In this document: piece after piece, positions 59,278-64,000 of the stretch
Layout: each line of letters begins with the position of its first letter
Numbering within the stretch: the stretch's first letter is position 1
Origin: Acidimicrobiales bacterium
GTDB lineage: Bacteria; Actinomycetota; Acidimicrobiia; Acidimicrobiales; CATQHL01
Length of the DNA: 64,000 bases
Direction of reading: 5' to 3'
NCBI GenBank assembly: GCA_965237375.1
Contig: CBDEFI010000002.1
Location: 15,911 to 79,910, forward strand
Made by a program: the position numbers and the translations under genes
The notes under the pieces: generated by a model
Database searches by the model: none
Told to the model about the DNA's origin: nothing
The model's input: the letters and a program-made list of their open reading frames with translations, nothing else

Positions 59278-60327
59278 TTATAGGACACGAAGGCGGGTGG
59301 CGGCGCGGTTGAGGTAGGTAGTGCGGACGTCCTGCTCGGTTGCGTGGATCAGGGCGGCGACCTGACTCGTGCTCCATCCCGCGCTAGTGAGGGCGGTCAC
59401 GAGTCGCTGCAGTAGCGTGGGTTCCTCCTTGGGGAACTCGCCCGGCTCGTTCTTGGTGTATCCGAGTTGGTTACGGCGCATGAAGAAGGATCGAAGCTGA
59501 CGGTCGGTTAGGGCACCCAGATCGTTGGCGCGGCGAGCGATCGCAGCAATGGATGTCCGCCAGTGTTGCTTGAGATTGACTGCGCGCTCAATTGTGATCC
59601 GGCCCGAACCGAAGTGGGGGAGAATGTCCTCGGCGGGCATGAGGAATCCCGCGGCGAACCGATCGGCGTCTATCTCTGCACGGGTCGGATCAGTCGGAGT
59701 CTGGTGCATCACCAAGTGGCCGAGTTCGTGGGCGAGCGTCCAGCGCATGCGGGACGCTGGGAATGCGGCGTTGAGAACCACTACGGGGGTGGTGCGATAC
59801 CACTGCGTGACGGCGTCGAGCTTGGCGGTTGCGAATGGTCGTACGACGATCAGCACCCCGGCGTTCTCAAGTGCCTCGACCAGGTTGCGCACCGGTCCGA
59901 CGGGCATCCGCCAGGCAGCGCGAACTGCGGCGGCGATTTCCTCGGGTGCGTCAAACTCGTCGGGGTCGAACGCGGGAAGCGGAAGATCGGTGGTGAACTC
60001 GACCTTCTCGAGCAACCGGCTGATCTGCATGCGGAGGATGTTTGCCTCTGCGTGGGTCTGCCAGAGGGCCTTCTTGGGCACGGTGGTGCGCTTCCGGTGG
60101 TAAAAGTCTGAGATGCCGCCTCGGGTGATCTCGTCGGTCTGCGCAAAGAACGAGACGGGCCGATCCAGAACACCGGCCAAGGCTTCGAGTTGGCGCGCTT
60201 CGGGGGTCCGGTCGCCGTTCTCGAACTGCGAGATAAGCGGCTGCGAGACTCCGGTGGCCGTGGCGAGTGCTGTCTGCGGCAGCGCTGCAGCTTCACGTGC
60301 GAGCTTGAGCAGGGCGGGATTGAACAT
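59278..60327 (-). CDS. XRE-family HTH fused to an ImmA/IrrE (COG2856) zinc metallopeptidase domain
   Basis: HTH: LPQTALATATGVSQPLISQFENGDR. Peptidase motif LAHELGHLVMH. 349 aa. A 3-nt gap after the upstream ORF suggests an operon. Confidence 0.85.
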   Translation of the reverse strand: MFNPALLKLAREAAALPQTALATATGVSQPLISQFENGDRTPEARQLEALAGVLDRPVSFFAQTDEITRGGISDFYHRKRTTVPKKALWQTHAEANILRMQISRLLEKVEFTTDLPLPAFDPDEFDAPEEIAAAVRAAWRMPVGPVRNLVEALENAGVLIVVRPFATAKLDAVTQWYRTTPVVVLNAAFPASRMRWTLAHELGHLVMHQTPTDPTRAEIDADRFAAGFLMPAEDILPHFGSGRITIERAVNLKQHWRTSIAAIARRANDLGALTDRQLRSFFMRRNQLGYTKNEPGEFPKEEPTLLQRLVTALTSAGWSTSQVAALIHATEQDVRTTYLNRAATRLRVL

Positions 60328-60330
60328 CGC

Positions 60331-60939
60331 CTACCCGGCCACCTCGCCTTCGGCCTTGTCCTGGTCGGATTTCACCGTCACCTGTGCAGGCCTCGCCGTT
60401 GGGGCAGCCGGGAGCACTGTGGGGATCGTCGCTGTCACGAGGTGTGCGAGGTTGAAGCTCCACACAGGGGGATCCTTCGGTTGTTCGTGGGAGCACACCA
60501 GAACGTGCTCGATGCTGGCTTGGTCTTCGGCGAGAAGGTAGCCCACCACGAGGTGGGTCTCGGTCGGCAATCCCGGTAAGGGTTGCTGGTAGAGGAGTCG
60601 CAGTTGCTCGATCGTCTCGTTGGAGTTGAGCGTTCCGTCCCGGTTCAGCTTCTTGAACCTCAGGTCGACGCCGCTCGATGCGAGAAGGACGTGAGTGACG
60701 CCGTAGCGCTCGTAGAAGCTGATATCCGGGTGGCGGGCCAGGACATCCTGGGCATGCCTACCCAACTGATCGAACACCACGCTTGCTCGACTTCTGGGGC
60801 CGACACCGTGCCACGCCGGTGGCCGATGGATCCAGTCCTGGAATGCCAGATCGAAGACTTCGAGCAGGTCAGCCGCGTACGGCCTCAGGATCTGCTTGGC
60901 TTCATCGGCGCTTTGATAGGCCACTGCTCCCCCTGTCAA
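60331..60939 (-). CDS. Hypothetical protein, first gene of the XRE-ImmA operon
   Basis: 202-aa ORF with no recognisable motif. The track start is TTG 60939; a GTG at 60924 with GGGGGAG 2 nt upstream is a better start. A sampled line is 55% GC. Confidence 0.55.
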   Translation of the reverse strand: MTGGAVAYQSADEAKQILRPYAADLLEVFDLAFQDWIHRPPAWHGVGPRSRASVVFDQLGRHAQDVLARHPDISFYERYGVTHVLLASSGVDLRFKKLNRDGTLNSNETIEQLRLLYQQPLPGLPTETHLVVGYLLAEDQASIEHVLVCSHEQPKDPPVWSFNLAHLVTATIPTVLPAAPTARPAQVTVKSDQDKAEGEVAG

Positions 60940-60972
60940 TATTGCTCAGAAATATTATACCGAAGAAATGAC
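60934..60972 (-). promoter_or_regulatory. AT-rich promoter/operator candidate for the hypothetical/XRE-ImmA operon
   Basis: On the minus strand, TATAAT (60954-60959) lies ~30 nt upstream of GTG 60924. Two AATATT palindromes (60938-60943, 60951-60956). Inverted repeat TGTCA (60934-60938) / TGACA (60968-60972). Confidence 0.45.
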
Positions 60973-61010
60973 AGGCAACGCGGTTATTTCCAATCTCCAC
61001 ATGCCGACGT

Positions 61011-62000
61011 TCAGGTGAGTGTGTACTGGGAGGTTGTGTCGTCGCCGGACGGGTCGCTGGTGACCTGGCCCCGCTGGGTGAGGTGGATGAGGTGGGCGAG
61101 GACGGAGCGCTCGGCGGCGGGGTGCAGCACCTTGGGTGTGTCGGTGTACATGCGGGCCACCATCGCCGGGATCGTGGCAGGGCCGTCGCGCAGGCAGCTG
61201 AGGATCTGCGTGGTGCGGCGGTGGCGGTGCGCCAGCAGTGCCCGAGCGAAGCGCACCGGTGAGGCGATGGGCGGGCCATGCGTCGGCCAGTACACCTGGT
61301 CACGGCCGCCGCGGTCGATCAGGAGTTGCAGGCTCCGCAGGTAGTCGCCGAGATCACCGTCGGGGGGTGGGATGATCGTCGAGGACCAGCCCATGACGTG
61401 ATCGCCGGTGAGGACACCGCGCTCCTCGGGTACGGCGAAGCACAGGTGGTTGGAGATGTGCCCGGGCGTGTGCAGGCACTCCAGCGTCCAGCCGTCGCCG
61501 GCCACCACGTCGCCGTGGCCCAACTCGGCATCGGGCGCGAAGTTCCAGTCGCCGGGCTCTTCGACCACTGACGCCTCGGTGCCGCCGCGCCGGGCGTCGG
61601 TCGGCGGGTGCAGGCCGAATCCGAGGATCGGCGCTCCGGTGGCGGCGGCGAGGGCGCGCGAGGCGGGGGAGTGGTCGCTGTGCGTGTGGGTCACGCAGAT
61701 GTGGGTGACCGTCCGGCCCTCCAGGACTCGCAGCAGGGCGGACACGTGTGCGTCGTCGTCGGGCCCCGGATCGATCACCGCCACGCGCCGCCTCCCCACG
61801 ATGTACGTGCCGCTGCCTGTAAACGTGAACGGGCTGGGATTGGTCGCCGTGACCCGCTGCACGAGCGGCGACACCTGAACCGCCGTGCCGTATGCGGGGT
61901 CGTGGTCGGTGTCGAACAACTCCTCCAGCCGGGCGGGCTTTGCGCAGGCCTCGGGCGGTCCTTGCGGTCTTCCGTATGTGTGATCACCGGTTGGATCCAT
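61011..62000 (-). CDS. MBL-fold metallo-hydrolase
   Basis: HxHxDH motif (CVTHTHSDHSP) and later HTPGH. 329 aa. Confidence 0.85.
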   Translation of the reverse strand: MDPTGDHTYGRPQGPPEACAKPARLEELFDTDHDPAYGTAVQVSPLVQRVTATNPSPFTFTGSGTYIVGRRRVAVIDPGPDDDAHVSALLRVLEGRTVTHICVTHTHSDHSPASRALAAATGAPILGFGLHPPTDARRGGTEASVVEEPGDWNFAPDAELGHGDVVAGDGWTLECLHTPGHISNHLCFAVPEERGVLTGDHVMGWSSTIIPPPDGDLGDYLRSLQLLIDRGGRDQVYWPTHGPPIASPVRFARALLAHRHRRTTQILSCLRDGPATIPAMVARMYTDTPKVLHPAAERSVLAHLIHLTQRGQVTSDPSGDDTTSQYTLT

Positions 62001-62340
62001 GGACCGTCCGCTTCGAGGTCGTCGGGAGATATGGACGATACCTGCAGGGGTCAGTACCGCTGACCACCCGAGACGCGGCCGGACCGTGGTCGGAGCGCTG
62101 TGTGGCGCACTCGGCGCGGTATCGTACTGCGACGTACGACCTTCAATGGAAGGGCGCCGTGGCCGTGCCCGTCACGGTGCTGGTGGGCAGAGCAACCTCC
62201 TCCCTTGCGAACGCGCAGGAGTTGGAGTCCGAGAGTGATGACCTCGGGCAGCGGATGCACGTCGAGGCACGGAGCCCCGATGACGGGCGCACGGAGTTCG
62301 AGCTGCGGCTGCACGATGCCGAGGACCGCTGGGAGGATCG

Positions 62341-64000
62341 ATGAGGCGCACCTGCCGGGGGTTGGCCGCAGTGCTGGTTGTCGTGGCGGGCATGGCTTCG
62401 ATCCCTGCTGCCGCAAGCGCCCAACAGTCCACAGCCGAAACCGATGGACGAGACGTGCGGATCCTGGCGCGGCGCCTCGAGAGCGGGCGCGTCGAGTTCG
62501 CGATGCAGCAACTTGGGGCCGGCGGTGAGTGGGGCGAGAGGATGCTCGCGTCGCGGCGCTTCTTCCCATCCGCAGTGACCGTCGGGCGCTGGCTGCAGAG
62601 TTCGTCTCTGACCATCGAAACGGCGCCGGCAACCGAGGTGCGGATGGTGGCCCGGCGCCTCGAGAGCGGACGCATCGAGTTCGGGTTGCAGCAGCGCGGG
62701 ATCGGCGGTGCGTGGGGTGAGCGGCAGTTGCCCCAGCGGCGCTTCTTCCCGACCGATGCCACGGTCGGGCGCTGGCTGGTGAGTTCATCCTTGACGGTCG
62801 CGGTCCCCTCCAGCAGCGCTGAGGGGCGACGACGCGGTCAAAACCTGGTTGCGGTCTCGAGCGGCCGTACGTGTGTCGTGCGGGCGGATGGCAACTTGCT
62901 GTGCTGGGGCCACCATGGTCTTCGCGAGAGCCTCAGCGCCTCCGTTCTGGACGACGTCGTGGCGGTTGCCATGGGCCTGCAGACCCAGGTCGAAACCCAT
63001 GCCTGCGCGTTGCACGCGGACGGCAGGGTGTCCTGTTGGGGTGATGGGTTCTATGGCCAACTCGGTCAGGGAGATGCTCTGGAGCACTGGCTGCCGGTCG
63101 AAGTACCGGACATTACGGACGCTGTGAGCATTGCGGCGGGCACGTCCCACACGTGTGCAGTGCATCACGATGGTGAGGTCTCATGCTGGGGAGAGAACGG
63201 GCTCGGACAGTTGGGCGACGGAACCCTCGAGCCGAGCAACCTGCCGCAGAGAGTCCCGGGACTGGAGAGAGTCGCGGCCGTGGCATCATCCGCGAACACC
63301 AACTGTGCACTGCACGTCGACGGTTCCGTCTCGTGTTGGGGATGGAGCGGCACAGACATGACTCCCGTCGGGGTGCGGGGGGATCACCTGTCACCCGGGA
63401 AGGTCGCAGGTCTCGCAGGGATCGACTCGGTTTCGGTCGGCCATGACCGAGCCTGCGCTGTGGACACGCGCGGGCGCGTGTATTGCTGGCACTTCGCCCA
63501 AGGCTTTCACCGGATGTCACCGCCGGCACGCATCGCAACCATCGATGACGCCGTGGCCGTCTCGGCAGGCTGGCAGAGCGTCTGCGTTGTTCATCGCGAT
63601 GGCGGGGTCTCCTGTTGGGGCGATGACAACTCCTCCGGCCAGCTCGGCGACGGCACGAGGAGTCCTCGGTCGCGCCCCGCACGCGTTCGGGGGATCACGG
63701 ACGCAGTCGCGATTGCCGTCACTCCGCTGTTCCTTGAAGGGGAGGCGCACGCATGTGCTGTGAACGGCGACGGCTCGGTGTCATGTTGGGGAGGCAACGG
63801 GTTCGGCCAACTCGGAGACGGCACTCGCGAAGCGAGCCTGCGCCCTGTGCTCATCGAGCAGTTGAACGACTTCGCAGTCGATCAGGTTCCGACGGATCTG
63901 ACGACGTTCCTGCGCATCTGGTTGGACTTGGTCGTCGAGGACTTGGAGCCGGAGTTCCCCTGGTTGCGCACCGCATGGGATCACATCCGGGAGCAGTCGT
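62341..64000 (+). CDS. Secreted protein: two novel ~55-aa repeats plus RCC1 repeats plus the start of the conserved C-terminal domain (3'-partial, runs off the window)
   Basis: Not in the ORF track because no stop is reached. I translated 62341-64000 and it is open throughout: MRRTCRGLAAVLVVVAGMASIPAAASA|QQ..., VRILARRLESGRVEFAMQQ..., then seven CWG...GQLGDG repeats and ...FLRIWLDLVVEDLEPEFPWLRTAWDHIREQS. Confidence 0.8.
   Translation, partial: MRRTCRGLAAVLVVVAGMASIPAAASAQQSTAETDGRDVRILARRLESGRVEFAMQQLGAGGEWGERMLASRRFFPSAVTVGRWLQSSSLTIETAPATEVRMVARRLESGRIEFGLQQRGIGGAWGERQLPQRRFFPTDATVGRWLVSSSLTVAVPSSSAEGRRRGQNLVAVSSGRTCVVRADGNLLCWGHHGLRESLSASVLDDVVAVAMGLQTQVETHACALHADGRVSCWGDGFYGQLGQGDALEHWLPVEVPDITDAVSIAAGTSHTCAVHHDGEVSCWGENGLGQLGDGTLEPSNLPQRVPGLERVAAVASSANTNCALHVDGSVSCWGWSGTDMTPVGVRGDHLSPGKVAGLAGIDSVSVGHDRACAVDTRGRVYCWHFAQGFHRMSPPARIATIDDAVAVSAGWQSVCVVHRDGGVSCWGDDNSSGQLGDGTRSPRSRPARVRGITDAVAIAVTPLFLEGEAHACAVNGDGSVSCWGGNGFGQLGDGTREASLRPVLIEQLNDFAVDQVPTDLTTFLRIWLDLVVEDLEPEFPWLRTAWDHIREQS

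Noticed and set aside
61892-62344. 150-aa plus-strand ORF upstream of the RCC1 gene as a real gene.
   Set aside because: Most of it overlaps the 5' end of the MBL hydrolase gene on the other strand or lies in the divergent promoter region. Only its last ~30 codons resemble anything (a half copy of the novel repeat). It is treated as a relic and reported under findings rather than as a CDS.

Overview
High-GC (about 70%) bacterial chromosome, gene content typical of Actinomycetota: mycothiol-type DinB/TIGR03083 enzyme, F420/LLM oxidoreductase, and the pyrG-xerD / scpA-scpB-rluB-aroH-tyrA-aroA-cmk-plsC / DUF512-der order. It may be Acidimicrobiia-like, but that is only a guess. About 60 genes are tightly packed, and many adjacent pairs overlap by 4 nt (ATGA/GTGA). 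Left to right: a NitT/TauT-type ABC transporter; a low-GC Cys-rich secreted ORF; a betaine-type binding protein; a housekeeping block (pyrG to ribF); a catabolic block (VOC, cupin, hyuAB, CoA ligase, BMP-type ABC transporter, quinone oxidoreductase, O-methyltransferase, amidohydrolase, LLM oxidoreductase); two tandem thioredoxin-fold genes; VOC/Rieske genes; a low-GC single-gene island (GHKL ATPase with STAS-like domains); acyl-CoA dehydrogenase and two nitroreductases; and two RCC1-repeat/HExxH paralogues flanking a lower-GC XRE-ImmA module. I saw no rRNA, tRNA or CRISPR. Main second-look items: (1) both thioredoxin-fold genes carry an in-frame TGA exactly at the first Cys of the CxxC site, making them candidate selenoproteins; (2) an unrecognised ~55-aa repeat is shared by one of them and an RCC1 protein; (3) the two low-GC islands; (4) the XRE-ImmA two-gene module with its operator-like promoter; (5) a REP-like hairpin repeat family in at least seven intergenic sites; (6) diverged tandem duplications sitting on gene junctions. 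The many long antisense ORFs in the track are high-GC artefacts. All family calls come from motif recognition by eye, with no database searches.
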